Notes: generated by a model from the letters alone, not told the origin. Positions 17,993 through 27,939 are shown, counted from the first letter of the stretch. The stretch is 64,000 bases of DNA from an uncultured delta proteobacterium (GCA_963778115.1 CAVZSV010000004.1:489904-553903), one strand, 5' to 3'. Translations and numbers: made by a program.

Positions 17993-18547
17993 ATGCCCCT
18001 TTCCCTTGACCTGCCAGACTCCAATGTCCGGCCGAAAGAATTATTCATCACTTTTTCCAAGATTGGCCTACAAGGCTTTGGGGGCTGTATGCCCTGGGTC
18101 TATGCCGAAATCGTGGAAAAAAGAAAATGGCTTAATCCCCAGGAGTTCGCTGAACTTTTGGCACTGGGACAGATTCTCCCGGGGGCTAACGTCACTAATT
18201 TTTCCGCCATGCTGGGGTATCGATTTTGCGGATTTCGCGGCGCAATCGCGGCTTCTTTGGGGCTCTTTCTTTTTCCTCTGATCGTAGCCATTGGATTTGC
18301 CACTTTGTACGGCCACTATGGCCACCTCGAAGCCGTACAAGGGGCACTCAGGGGGGTGACCGCCGTTGCCTGCGGTCTTATTATCAGCACCGGCATCAAA
18401 TTGGCGAAAGCCCAACCTCGTAGTCTTAAAGCGCTGGTCACGGGCCTTTTGGTATTGGTGGGAATAGGAATTTTTGCCTTTCCCTTACCCTGGGTGGTTT
18501 TCGTCTTAGCGCCTCTTAGCCTTCTTGCGGAGGCAAAGCTAAGATGA
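17993..18547 (+). CDS. chrA: Chromate ion transporter (CHR) family, N-terminal half-size subunit
   Basis: FITFSKIGLQGFGGCMPWVYAEIVEKRKWLNPQEFAELLALGQILPGANVTNF is the CHR signature. ATGA overlap with the second half. Confidence 0.8.
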   Translation: MPLSLDLPDSNVRPKELFITFSKIGLQGFGGCMPWVYAEIVEKRKWLNPQEFAELLALGQILPGANVTNFSAMLGYRFCGFRGAIAASLGLFLFPLIVAIGFATLYGHYGHLEAVQGALRGVTAVACGLIISTGIKLAKAQPRSLKALVTGLLVLVGIGIFAFPLPWVVFVLAPLSLLAEAKLR

Positions 18548-19062
18548 ATCTTCTATTGGTACTAGCATTGCACTTTCTTTTTCTGTCACTCATCGCGATC
18601 GGCGGTGCGACAGCCGCCCTGCCTGAAATGCACCGGGTATTGGTAACACAATTGCATTTAATGGCAGACGACCAGTTCGCTCATCTCTTTGCCATTTCGC
18701 AAGCGACTCCAGGCCCCAACGTTATCTTTGTGGGTCTTTTCGGCTGGCAGACAGCGGGCCTTGCCGGAGCTTTGGTGAGCCTGTTTGCGATGTGCGGACC
18801 GGCGAGCTTATTTGCTATTGGATTCGAGCGTTTTGGTTTCGGTCATAGAAACGATCATTGGTATGTCCTGATACGTCGGACGCTGACCCCCATAGCGATT
18901 GGTCTGTTGCTCTCCTCCGCAGTTTTGTTGATGAAGACCGCGACTAAGCCTCTGGCACTATTCCTTACCCTACTCTCGGCAACCGTACTTCTTAGAACGC
19001 GAATGAACCCGCTGTGGTTGATAGGCTTAGGAGCGGTGGTAGGCGTAATGGGATGGGTATAA
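18544..19062 (+). CDS. chrA: Chromate ion transporter (CHR) family, C-terminal half-size subunit
   Basis: FLSLIAIGGATAALPEMHR...ISQATPGPNVIFV is the second CHR repeat. Confidence 0.8.
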   Translation: MNLLLVLALHFLFLSLIAIGGATAALPEMHRVLVTQLHLMADDQFAHLFAISQATPGPNVIFVGLFGWQTAGLAGALVSLFAMCGPASLFAIGFERFGFGHRNDHWYVLIRRTLTPIAIGLLLSSAVLLMKTATKPLALFLTLLSATVLLRTRMNPLWLIGLGAVVGVMGWV

Positions 19063-19093
19063 GAACAACTAAAATAGCAAAGGAGAAAGTTCC

Positions 19094-19483
19094 ATGAAGA
19101 ATTATCTGCTGTCGATTTCCATTCTCTTATCGCTAGTCATCTCTACCCACTCTACTCAGGTTCTTAGCGAGCAAGCGACTCACTCCAAGAAAGAATTCTT
19201 GGGAAATATGGCCAAAGGGTTGAAAAATGATTTTTGTGCGCCCGATACTTTCTTTCGAAAGTGTTACTCGGTGTCCGAGAAAGAATGCATCAAAACGGCA
19301 TCAACCATAGTGAAAGCCTGTATCCGCCAGGAAGGGCCCAAAGCGAACGAGGCGCTAACCGAGGCGGAAGCCGTTCAATTGGCGCATGCGATCCTAAAAT
19401 GCGCCTCTCCTCGGTACGACACAACGATGAAAGAGAAGCGAAGTCATGCTCTGCATTGTGAAGATCCCTCCTATTGGAAATAG
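19094..19483 (+). CDS. Secreted hypothetical protein
   Basis: 129 aa with a signal peptide and GGAG SD. No motif recognised. Confidence 0.5.
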   Translation: MKNYLLSISILLSLVISTHSTQVLSEQATHSKKEFLGNMAKGLKNDFCAPDTFFRKCYSVSEKECIKTASTIVKACIRQEGPKANEALTEAEAVQLAHAILKCASPRYDTTMKEKRSHALHCEDPSYWK

Positions 19484-19591
19484 GGCTATTACCTTTACGA
19501 AAGCCTACAAGAAAGATTTGCTTATCTCCTAAGGCATCCCTATATTGGGCCCCGTTCAAAAAGGTTTGAACTGTGCTGAAAGAGGTGGAAA

Positions 19592-20146
19592 GTGGTTCTT
19601 CGCCAATTGACTGTTTTACTTGGATTAAGCGCATTAGCCGCATCTTCGTACGCCCTAGTCCCACCCTGGTACTATGACAGCTTGGTATTACAAAACACGA
19701 TAGGGAAAGGCCCTTGCGTTAGAGTCGGAGATCCTGATTTGGTGACCAATATCATCCCAGTTACCGCTTGCAGCGACGATGTAGGTAAAGCGCTTCTCTT
19801 TATTATGGGAAATACCAAACAGGTCAAAGTTATAAATCCCCAAGGACAAGAGATTGCTCCTTTTACCTATTCGCAAATTCCACAGACCATCGACTTCGTG
19901 GCGCAGCAGTTAGACATCGCGTTTAAGGACAATCCGCTATTCGTCCAGGTCCACTTGTTAGGAATTTTCAAGGGTACGAAAATCTCTTTGGAGGTCCAGC
20001 CCAAAATAATTCAGTTTCAAACCGACAATATCGAAGATCCCTTTCGTCATTCCACTTTCTTGGCCCAAGATCTGTTCGCAAAAGTTCTCAACGCCAAGTA
20101 CTTCGATAAGATCGAGTTTCTAATGACCTCTTCGCCGTTAAACTAA
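19592..20146 (+). CDS. Secreted hypothetical protein
   Basis: 184 aa. Signal-like LTVLLGLSALAASSYA. Confidence 0.5.
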   Translation: MVLRQLTVLLGLSALAASSYALVPPWYYDSLVLQNTIGKGPCVRVGDPDLVTNIIPVTACSDDVGKALLFIMGNTKQVKVINPQGQEIAPFTYSQIPQTIDFVAQQLDIAFKDNPLFVQVHLLGIFKGTKISLEVQPKIIQFQTDNIEDPFRHSTFLAQDLFAKVLNAKYFDKIEFLMTSSPLN

Positions 20147-20152
20147 AACGCT

Positions 20153-20614
20153 CTACTGGCTCTCCAACCACTTCTTATCGAGGGTCTGAGAGGGATGGTA
20201 ATAGACTTCAGAAAAAGCTCGGTCTTCAATCAAACGACCATTTAAAATATATAGCGTCCGGGGAGAAACCGAAGTGGTCTTAAAGTGAAGCACGATAGTC
20301 CCAGTCGCAATGGCTCCCGCGGAACCGGGCTCCGACGGCTGATGTAGCGCAAGCGCTCTTAAGATATCAGGGAGTTTCGCCCCTACGAACGTCTTTTGGA
20401 GCGGAGGTTCGTTCGAAGGCACAGCGGAATTGATTGAAATGGTCAGGGATTGCAGATCATTTACACTGAACTTTTGGTATCCATTATTAAACTTTAGAAC
20501 AATGTCGTTACCGCTGATTCCACTGAGGATCGTGGCCGATGTATTCCTACTTCCACAGGCAGAGACTAAAGTGAACAAGACAAAACTAAACCACAAAAAG
20601 TCGATCCGCCTCAT
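20153..20614 (-). CDS. Lipoprotein, function unknown
   Basis: 153 aa. Lipobox LVSAC. Confidence 0.5.
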   Translation of the reverse strand: MRRIDFLWFSFVLFTLVSACGSRNTSATILSGISGNDIVLKFNNGYQKFSVNDLQSLTISINSAVPSNEPPLQKTFVGAKLPDILRALALHQPSEPGSAGAIATGTIVLHFKTTSVSPRTLYILNGRLIEDRAFSEVYYHPSQTLDKKWLESQ

Positions 20615-20680
20615 GAATTATCCCCCATTGCTATGAAGGAATAAAAGTAACACTTCAACAAGGATTAGTCGAAAGGAACA

Positions 20681-21472
20681 CTAGTCTAATTTACGAACTC
20701 TTCGCAATGATTCTTCGGACGAAAGCGTTTCAAAACCGATAAGGGTCGTTAGGAAAAACATATTTTCTTCGTTGATTGCTCGCATCCAACCCCGAGTCCC
20801 CCCGTAACTACGGCTGGAGATATTAAACCTAAAGTCTTGTTTTATCTTTCGAGTCTCCGCCTCAGCTAGACGAATCTTGTCATAGAGATGCTCAATGTCA
20901 TCTCGGCCTTCGGTAGACGACCACATATTAAGCTTAATAAGGACCTCTCCCCCGCGTTCTGGAAATAATTCTATATGGTAACTCGTGTTGTGGGGAATAT
21001 AGCGCTCTCCATGCCATGGTTTTCCCGACTCGTATCTCGATAGGTTCCACTTCGAAAATCGGGCCAACGTCGACCAGTAATCCGCTGCTCGGGGAAGCTC
21101 TTTGAAACAGAGCAAAAGTCCTGGTTCTATAATTAGCCCTAGTGCAATCTCTCGCCCATCACGGGAAACGATGCGGTTTGAGGCATCCTTTCCGCGGTAA
21201 AAGGGGATCGCGCGATACCTAGTATCGCTATCGGTCACAAGCCGCTTCCATACCGTGTTCACCTCTTCGTCTGTCAATCCATTAGGAACGTTGGGTACAA
21301 TCCCGCTGGCTCTAAGAATTCCCCTGATGCACTCGGCATAAATTCGTTTCGCAGACCAATCCCCGCTGTTAAAGCCGAACGCGGCTGGTGGAGTTACCAC
21401 GACAGCCCCGCACAGAAGTATCAGAGAAACAGTCGGACCTAACCTTAAGTAATTTTTCACTTTAGACAGCAT
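20681..21472 (-). CDS. Secreted hypothetical protein
   Basis: 263 aa. N-terminal hydrophobic signal. No motif recognised. Confidence 0.5.
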   Translation of the reverse strand: MLSKVKNYLRLGPTVSLILLCGAVVVTPPAAFGFNSGDWSAKRIYAECIRGILRASGIVPNVPNGLTDEEVNTVWKRLVTDSDTRYRAIPFYRGKDASNRIVSRDGREIALGLIIEPGLLLCFKELPRAADYWSTLARFSKWNLSRYESGKPWHGERYIPHNTSYHIELFPERGGEVLIKLNMWSSTEGRDDIEHLYDKIRLAEAETRKIKQDFRFNISSRSYGGTRGWMRAINEENMFFLTTLIGFETLSSEESLRRVRKLD

Positions 21473-21587
21473 CGAGCCGAACCTTCTATCAGATCTCTTT
21501 CGATGATTGAACTAAAAACGATACCTTTCGATATTAGGGGCTGTTTATCGAGAGCAAATCGCTTACTCTCTGGCCCATGAGCCTTCT

Positions 21588-22121
21588 TTGTTAGCTACCT
21601 CTACCGTCATCAACCGCACTCGGGAATGGATCGCTTCGATGGTTATTGGACTTAACCTTTGTCCTTTTGCGAGGAAGGTTTTCGAAGAAGATAAGATTCG
21701 TTACGTCGTGACCGACGTCACGCAAAAGTCCTCATTGTTAGAGGTCCTTTCCTTAGAACTTACCTCTTTAGCAGCTATCCCCCGCTGGGAGACCGTCTTT
21801 GTAATTCATCCAGAAATTTTTCAAAACTTTATCGAATACAGTAGTTTTCTCCCCATCGTAGATCAAAAGATCAAAGACCTGGGGCTTCGAGGGACGATCC
21901 AGATCGCAAGCTTTCATCCTCAATACCAATTCGGCGGATCAGAAAACGACGCCGCTGAGAACTACACCAATCGATCGCCCTTCCCCATGCTTCATTTGCT
22001 TCGAGAAGAAAGTATTTCCAAAGTAGCTGCGGATCCCCATGAACTTCTGGCGATTCCCCAAAGGAATATCGAAAGATTACGGGACTTGGGAGTGGAAAGG
22101 ATTAAGCAAATGCTACGTTAA
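21588..22121 (+). CDS. DUF1415-family protein
   Basis: VIGLNLCPFARKV...IQIASFHPQYQF...NYTNRSPFPMLHLLRE matches my recollection of DUF1415. Confidence 0.65.
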   Translation: MLATSTVINRTREWIASMVIGLNLCPFARKVFEEDKIRYVVTDVTQKSSLLEVLSLELTSLAAIPRWETVFVIHPEIFQNFIEYSSFLPIVDQKIKDLGLRGTIQIASFHPQYQFGGSENDAAENYTNRSPFPMLHLLREESISKVAADPHELLAIPQRNIERLRDLGVERIKQMLR

Positions 22122-22972
22122 GTAGTAGCAACTAATAACTCCTCCGAGCCCGGGCGAAGACCATCTGTCCGTCCGGCGAAATAGCGCTGGGTAAGATGCG
22201 CTCCAGAAACGTGCTGAACTTTATTAAAGCCGGAGCTTTTGGCCAGCGCCAACATTTCATCAGGGGCGATGAGACTTAGAAAAGGAGTTCCGCTAGCCCG
22301 AGCGCCCTTTTCAGCCGCTTCAAAACCCGGGCGTTCCTCGGGCTCCATGAGCGCTATCGGTGGTATGAAGGTCATGACGAATGTCGAGCCAGGTGCAAAG
22401 GTTGATACCTCCCTTAACGTAGACGCGATGGCCTGCCTCGTGAGGTACATGCTGACACCCGTCGAGACGACGACGGCAGGTCTTGCGACCTTCAAACCAC
22501 AATCCACCAAACGCTTCCTCCACGATCCTCTTTCTTCGAAGTCGACCGGAACAAAACATAACCATTCAGCAATTCCTAAACCTAATTCGATAAGACGCTG
22601 TTGTTTCCAGGCCTGAGCCTCGGGTTTATCGACTTCAAAAACCTTCAACCGAGAAGCCAGTTCCTTTCGGCGCTGGGCAAAGGTATCTAGCCCGGCCCCC
22701 AGAATGACATACTGATCCACACCGTGAGCAGCCTGTGCTTCGACGAGGTCTTCGATAAAACGGGCGCGCGCCACAACGGAAGCCCGAAAGCGTTTGGTAA
22801 ATTGGGGGTTCATATCGGGCCGCAAACGCCATCCCTGTTCAGGTGCTACCAGCTTAAGACCAATCTCGTCTTCAAGCACATGAGGGGGCGGATTTGCCTC
22901 AATGTGGATAGCTCTCCACAGAGCAACCCGTACCGCCGTGGTATCAGCCCGAGCATTTTTTTTATCAGCCAT
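22118..22972 (-). CDS. Class I SAM-dependent methyltransferase (TIGR00027 / leucine carboxyl MT-like)
   Basis: TAVRVALWRAIH..., VDQYVILGAGLDTFAQR and related family blocks. Confidence 0.75.
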   Translation of the reverse strand: MADKKNARADTTAVRVALWRAIHIEANPPPHVLEDEIGLKLVAPEQGWRLRPDMNPQFTKRFRASVVARARFIEDLVEAQAAHGVDQYVILGAGLDTFAQRRKELASRLKVFEVDKPEAQAWKQQRLIELGLGIAEWLCFVPVDFEERGSWRKRLVDCGLKVARPAVVVSTGVSMYLTRQAIASTLREVSTFAPGSTFVMTFIPPIALMEPEERPGFEAAEKGARASGTPFLSLIAPDEMLALAKSSGFNKVQHVSGAHLTQRYFAGRTDGLRPGSEELLVATT

Positions 22973-23030
22973 GAGGTTCTCCCTAAGAATTATCCTTCGA
23001 ACGCCATGATATTCCTAGCTAATCATAACC

Positions 23031-23058
23031 TAAAGTTGGCTTAACGCCCCGCCGATAA
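23031..23058 (+). promoter_or_regulatory. Near-consensus sigma28 (FliA)-type promoter TAAAGTT-N13-GCCGATAA
   Basis: TAAAGTT at 23031-23037 and GCCGATAA at 23051-23058, giving a TAAA-N16-GCCGATAA spacing against the consensus N15. Lies upstream of the 23264 gene. An ATG sits 6 nt after the -10 box. Confidence 0.5.
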
Positions 23059-23263
23059 GAACGAATGAAAAAGATAGCGCATAAAAGTCATCCTCTAACC
23101 CTACTTACCGGACTCGTGCTGGTGCCCAAACCGAGTGCTCCAATATTAGCGGCGGAGTTTTCACTCCCAATTAGCAATTCATCTGGTCTGTTGTTGTTAG
23201 CAGACGTTACTGCCTTTTCGGCAGCAAGCGCACTAATCGCTGTCCCACGGATAGATTTAAGTA

Positions 23264-24445
23264 ATGAGAAAACTATTAGCTGCGATCGCATTTTTGCTTT
23301 CGACCTCGGGTTGGGCAAGCGCCATCCAGTCGCTCATTCCGGCTGACAAATTAGCTCAAATTAAAGCGGCCCTTCCGCAAGTGAGCTATCAAGCCCTTAA
23401 CGCTACGTTCCTGAGTCCCGATACCCTTTGGTATGACACGAGTGTCATGGCGCCGTCTTATCAAGAGACGGGGCATCCGGGAGGCGGAGCTCAAGACAAT
23501 GCTCATTGGTTGCGTCTGATTGCACCCTCTCTTTTGGATACCGCAAATAAAATTTATGACGGGACTCAACTGCGCTGGCGGTTCCCCTTCGCAACCACAG
23601 CTGGCATGGATGACTCCACCAATACCTATGTCGCCAATTTCCTAGCCCTTCCTTCTCAGAATGGACAGATTCAGCCACTTCCTGTCTCTTCCACTTCAGA
23701 CGATGAATTTACCTCCTGGGTGTGGACCTACCCTAACGGGACCATCGTCGGCGAAGTCATTTTCATCAAGGATGGAGCGGACGGATTACTTCCGTGCGAA
23801 GTTCGCACACGCACTCGAAGTGCCAATGGTTGGGCAGCCGATGTCTTCCGCCCTTTTCCCCAAGCTTCTCTTCTCGATACGGCCATCAAAGCCAACAGAC
23901 CCCAATGGCAAAACACTCCGCAACTGGTTTCCGTTATTGAATTTCTGGAAAACAACGCGACGTTGACACCACTTACGTTAACGGCGACAGGGCTTCCCGG
24001 AACTTTCGATCAGGCGGGATACTTGGACACGCTCCCAGATTTTGGAGATCCTGATTTAGTCCGCGAACTTTTGCAAACGACGAGATTTATTTCGGCCTAC
24101 GGAGCGGTTTGGAAACAAAATGGGAGTCAGCAAACTTATGCCGCTTCCACCCAATCCACTTTCTCCATCGTCCCGGAAAATTATACCGCTGGTATCATCG
24201 AGGTAAGCGATACCTCCTGCATGCGTTGCCATCAAAGTGCCGCCGAGAAGCTTGAGGATTTCTACGATGACATTCAACTCTATGGAGAGATTTGGGGGAA
24301 AGACGGTATTTTTACTTTCCATCCCTTTGATGAAAGCTATTATCCCGAGCTGGATTTAAATGAACAAGACAACCGCCATATGAACCAAAACCTAGTCAAT
24401 ATGGGCGTTACCGTTTGGGTAGGAGATAACCTAGTTAAACGGTAA
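23264..24445 (+). CDS. Secreted hypothetical protein with a single CxxCH motif
   Basis: 393 aa. Signal MRKLLAAIAFLLSTSGWASA. SCMRCHQS could be a c-type haem site. Confidence 0.5.
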   Translation: MRKLLAAIAFLLSTSGWASAIQSLIPADKLAQIKAALPQVSYQALNATFLSPDTLWYDTSVMAPSYQETGHPGGGAQDNAHWLRLIAPSLLDTANKIYDGTQLRWRFPFATTAGMDDSTNTYVANFLALPSQNGQIQPLPVSSTSDDEFTSWVWTYPNGTIVGEVIFIKDGADGLLPCEVRTRTRSANGWAADVFRPFPQASLLDTAIKANRPQWQNTPQLVSVIEFLENNATLTPLTLTATGLPGTFDQAGYLDTLPDFGDPDLVRELLQTTRFISAYGAVWKQNGSQQTYAASTQSTFSIVPENYTAGIIEVSDTSCMRCHQSAAEKLEDFYDDIQLYGEIWGKDGIFTFHPFDESYYPELDLNEQDNRHMNQNLVNMGVTVWVGDNLVKR

Positions 24446-24457
24446 CGCTACGATCGC

Positions 24458-27400
24458 TTACTCAAGAAGGGTGATCGACATCTCCGCGGCTTGTTGAATT
24501 ATGGCTCTGGGATCTTGCTCTCTAATTCGACGAAGTTGGGGAAGCGCGACCTTTGCTCCTTGTCCCCAATCGGGAAGTTCTTCAATGGCCTCTCTCTTTT
24601 TGTAGGCGATAGGTGAATCTAGCAACGGCAACAGTTTATCAACGGGCATTGCCGTATGACGTACCAGATAGTGATGGGCAAGTTCACGAATCTGTTGGTC
24701 AGGATCAGAGGTGAGTCGTTGCATGGTAGGCGCTATGTTTGGATTTAATACCAGTTTTTCGACAAGCTCTGAACGAATAGAGGGCTCGGTTTCTCTTTGG
24801 AGCAGTTCCGAAAGAATTGAAGGGTCGGAAATCCTATCGATAAGCTCGTGGCGTATGGCAGCGGTGGGCTCACGCCGTAGCCAATCGCCAAAGGCAGTTT
24901 GGTCCTCAACTTCGTCGTGTCCATAGGTAGCGGCACTTGTGAAAATGATGGCTCCGTAATGCCGTTTGCGCTCACTCTCGAAACGACTAAACTGGTAGAC
25001 ACTTTCCGAACCCCTTTTTGCTAGTGCCGACAAGGCCGTTGAACCAGTTTCAGGATCGTCACTTGCCTTATTTAGACAATCCACCACATCAGGATCCCAA
25101 ATGTCTTTATCTCCCAAGGCGTAGAGTGCCGCGATTCTCACCTCCTTATTCCCGGTCTTCGCAAGTGCAATCAGAGTCGAAGTAATAGAAGGCAAGTCCG
25201 ATTTGGCCCATCCCAGATAGAAAATGGCATTCGTCTGCTCCTCACCGGTGGCACTTTGCGAAAGTTCGAGCAATTTAGCAATGCCCAAATCTCCAAAACC
25301 GCTCAAGGCTTCTACCGCTTTGGCTCTCTGTGCCGGATGCCCCAGGGCTTCGATTGCTATAGCCAATCCCTCAGGGCCAGAGTTTCCCAAATTCGCTAAG
25401 AGCAAATCTTTAAGGTTATCGTCTCCCCGAGCGTAAAGCGCTTTATAGGCCGCAATAGTTTTTGAATCGGGGCCGAAGGCTCCGAGTCCGCGGATGGCGG
25501 AATTGCGTATCGCAGTATCTTTGTCATAAAGCGCCTTTAATAAGATGTCCCCAGAGTTAGGATCCAATTTTCCAAGAGCGGGCAGTGCGACCTCTCGCAA
25601 AAACGTATCGCCCGTCGCATCGACAATGCGCAAAGCTTTTGCGAGTTCCGGAGTTGATTTGCCTATCTGATTTAAGAGCATCGTTGCTTGGCGCTTATCA
25701 TTGATATCACCACTTTTTAATTCTTCGATGAGCTTTGGAACCGCGGCGTCGAGTCTCACATGGGTCCCGAGCATGACTTGAAAAGCCGTCCACTTATAGG
25801 GCTTGTTGCCTTCAACATCGGTCGTATCCAGCATTCCCAAGATCGCTTCTAACTTCTCAGGCGTCCATTCTCCGATATAGGGCTCATAGCCCAACCTAAA
25901 CACATCTTCATGCGTGTTCATAAAACCGCCCGAGTGGTGTTCCCCGTGCACAAGAATTTTTGGCAGCATCTTGGGGCCAAAACCCTGCAAAATGGAAAGC
26001 ATACGGTTTCGATATTCCGTGGGCCTTTCCCGAGAGTGTTTCATCAAATAATTGAGTCCCAAATCCCCGTCCCCTTTAGCCTGGACGAAAGCATTGAGAG
26101 CTGCCTCGCGCGTTAGCGGACCAGGATGTTCAATACTTTCCTCAATCGCCTCTTTGATCGACTTGCGCATTCCCTCCGACATTGTCTTATCATCGGCGAA
26201 GTACCTTCCCAGTTTGGCAATGAGCATGGATCTGCCGCTGTCTCGAAGTCCTGGCTTTTGAAGGGACGTAAGTATCATTGCGACATCGCCGTCGAGGTCT
26301 TCACGCAAAAAACGTCTAAGCTCGTCGCGATCGGGACGTTCGGATAGCCCCCCGAGCAGACGATGGCCAAGTTCTTTTGCCGTTTTTGCAAGAGGTCCGT
26401 TCTTGATTCCTTTTAAGTCTTCGTAAATTTGATGGTACCTTGCCCCGGGCAAGACGGTTACGGGAACGGATTCCAACGCATTTAATGCGGTTTTTTGCCG
26501 CTGCGGGTCCTTCAACGCATCTAACACCTCCCAATGATCTCTTAGAGAGTCCCACTGTTTTAGCTTCGCCAGCGAAGAAAAAGAGAGAAGGCGCAAGACC
26601 TCGTTCGTCGACGAAAGATTCCTGTTCAATGCGGCGACTACATTAGAAAGTTCGTCGTCTTCTAATTTTGCCTTTCCCAAAGCCGTTATCGCTCGAGCCT
26701 GCAATAGGGGGTCCGAATTCCCTGCCATATCGACAAGGGTAGGTATCACTTTTGAGCGGACTCCGAACGGGGCCGATGCAAGTCTGCCCAGCTCCGTCAG
26801 CGCGCGAACGCGGTACTGGGGATCTAGCGTTGAATCGTTTGCGATCTGCATTAGTACGCGAGCAATTTCATCACCATGAGCCTCAGTTCCCATCGCGGAT
26901 AATAGCGTTATCGCCTCTGCGGAAACGTCAGGATGTGTCGCAAGTTGGGAAAGCGTCCTTAAAACCGATTCGAAGTGATCGCCCAATAATCCATCTCGAT
27001 GCATTTGGCTTAGCGCGGGAGCGAGATCACTTAGCAGCTTTGCCGAGGTTGTCCCGGACAATAGCCCCACAATGGTATCTTGTGTTTTTTTGTCCTGTTG
27101 TCCGATTTGGGAAAGCGCGTGTAATGTTTTCCCCTGAAGTTCGGAATCCGAACTGGAATGTTTTGGGAGAAAATTGAGCAAAGCATCAGTAGTCGAATGA
27201 GCGGCGCGCCCCATGTTTCCTAACGCGACAATGGCATTCGGCTGTGTTTGCGGACTCGATAAAGCGGTTTTGACTTCGGGAAGAAAGTTTTCACCGCCAG
27301 TCCCTAAGGCCGAGATAGTACGCAGAGCCGCGTTCTGAGGGGTAGAATCGTTATGAGAGAGCATTTCTTTGAGTTGCACGTTGAGATCCCCGCGCGGGGT

Positions 27401-27592
27401 GTGCGCAATCAGAAGTGACCTCAAAGCCTCTTCCAGTCGGCCTGAAGTTTCTAGCGCGCCCAAAATCGGAAATAGAGGTGTACTTTGTTCTTGAGTGAGG
27501 CTGTCTCCTTCGAGTAGCAGCGAAAGTGCAACAGCGGCTTGTGTGCGAGCGGCCTCTAAAGACTGGTCTTTGAGACCGATAATGCGAAGCAT
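24458..27592 (-). CDS. Large HEAT/PBS-lyase-repeat protein
   Basis: 1044 aa. Many d..vR..A..aLG-type repeats (EVRIAALYALGDKD, TAIRNSAIRGLGAFG, LQARAITALGKAK). Confidence 0.7.
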   Translation of the reverse strand: MLRIIGLKDQSLEAARTQAAVALSLLLEGDSLTQEQSTPLFPILGALETSGRLEEALRSLLIAHTPRGDLNVQLKEMLSHNDSTPQNAALRTISALGTGGENFLPEVKTALSSPQTQPNAIVALGNMGRAAHSTTDALLNFLPKHSSSDSELQGKTLHALSQIGQQDKKTQDTIVGLLSGTTSAKLLSDLAPALSQMHRDGLLGDHFESVLRTLSQLATHPDVSAEAITLLSAMGTEAHGDEIARVLMQIANDSTLDPQYRVRALTELGRLASAPFGVRSKVIPTLVDMAGNSDPLLQARAITALGKAKLEDDELSNVVAALNRNLSSTNEVLRLLSFSSLAKLKQWDSLRDHWEVLDALKDPQRQKTALNALESVPVTVLPGARYHQIYEDLKGIKNGPLAKTAKELGHRLLGGLSERPDRDELRRFLREDLDGDVAMILTSLQKPGLRDSGRSMLIAKLGRYFADDKTMSEGMRKSIKEAIEESIEHPGPLTREAALNAFVQAKGDGDLGLNYLMKHSRERPTEYRNRMLSILQGFGPKMLPKILVHGEHHSGGFMNTHEDVFRLGYEPYIGEWTPEKLEAILGMLDTTDVEGNKPYKWTAFQVMLGTHVRLDAAVPKLIEELKSGDINDKRQATMLLNQIGKSTPELAKALRIVDATGDTFLREVALPALGKLDPNSGDILLKALYDKDTAIRNSAIRGLGAFGPDSKTIAAYKALYARGDDNLKDLLLANLGNSGPEGLAIAIEALGHPAQRAKAVEALSGFGDLGIAKLLELSQSATGEEQTNAIFYLGWAKSDLPSITSTLIALAKTGNKEVRIAALYALGDKDIWDPDVVDCLNKASDDPETGSTALSALAKRGSESVYQFSRFESERKRHYGAIIFTSAATYGHDEVEDQTAFGDWLRREPTAAIRHELIDRISDPSILSELLQRETEPSIRSELVEKLVLNPNIAPTMQRLTSDPDQQIRELAHHYLVRHTAMPVDKLLPLLDSPIAYKKREAIEELPDWGQGAKVALPQLRRIREQDPRAIIQQAAEMSITLLE

Positions 27593-27630
27593 GTCCTTTT
27601 CCGCTCGCTGCCTCTCTTCTTCCCGCTTCC

Positions 27631-27876
27631 TTAGATCCTGGGCGTGAGCGCGAAATGTTCTACCGTTAGTCGAATCGCTCGGGTCATACCAGCCGGCTCA
27701 TTAGAAGTTTCTAACTGCCTTAGAAAATTAAGTTCCTCTTCATCTTCAGGCTCTTTAGCATCGGGATCTTGTTGCTGGGTTAACGAATTTATTACCTTTG
27801 TCGCCTCGTGAGCCAGAGGGTTGGCGAAACAGGGGACTAAAGACCAAGCCAGAAAAAGCGGCAAAAGAACCTGCAT
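27631..27876 (-). CDS. Small secreted acidic protein
   Basis: 81 aa with a signal peptide. Lies 38 nt upstream of the HEAT gene. Confidence 0.4.
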   Translation of the reverse strand: MQVLLPLFLAWSLVPCFANPLAHEATKVINSLTQQQDPDAKEPEDEEELNFLRQLETSNEPAGMTRAIRLTVEHFALTPRI

Positions 27877-27939
27877 AGTGCGTGGGGTATACCACCAAAG
27901 TTGCTTTCAAAGCTACTTGGCAAAAAAAACTGCCCAGAA

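Noticed and set aside
23065-23346. 93-aa ORF starting 6 nt after the sigma28-like -10 box
   Set aside because: It could be a leaderless small gene. However, it overlaps the well-defined signal-peptide start of the 23264 gene in another frame and has no motif. It is kept only as a note in the promoter finding.
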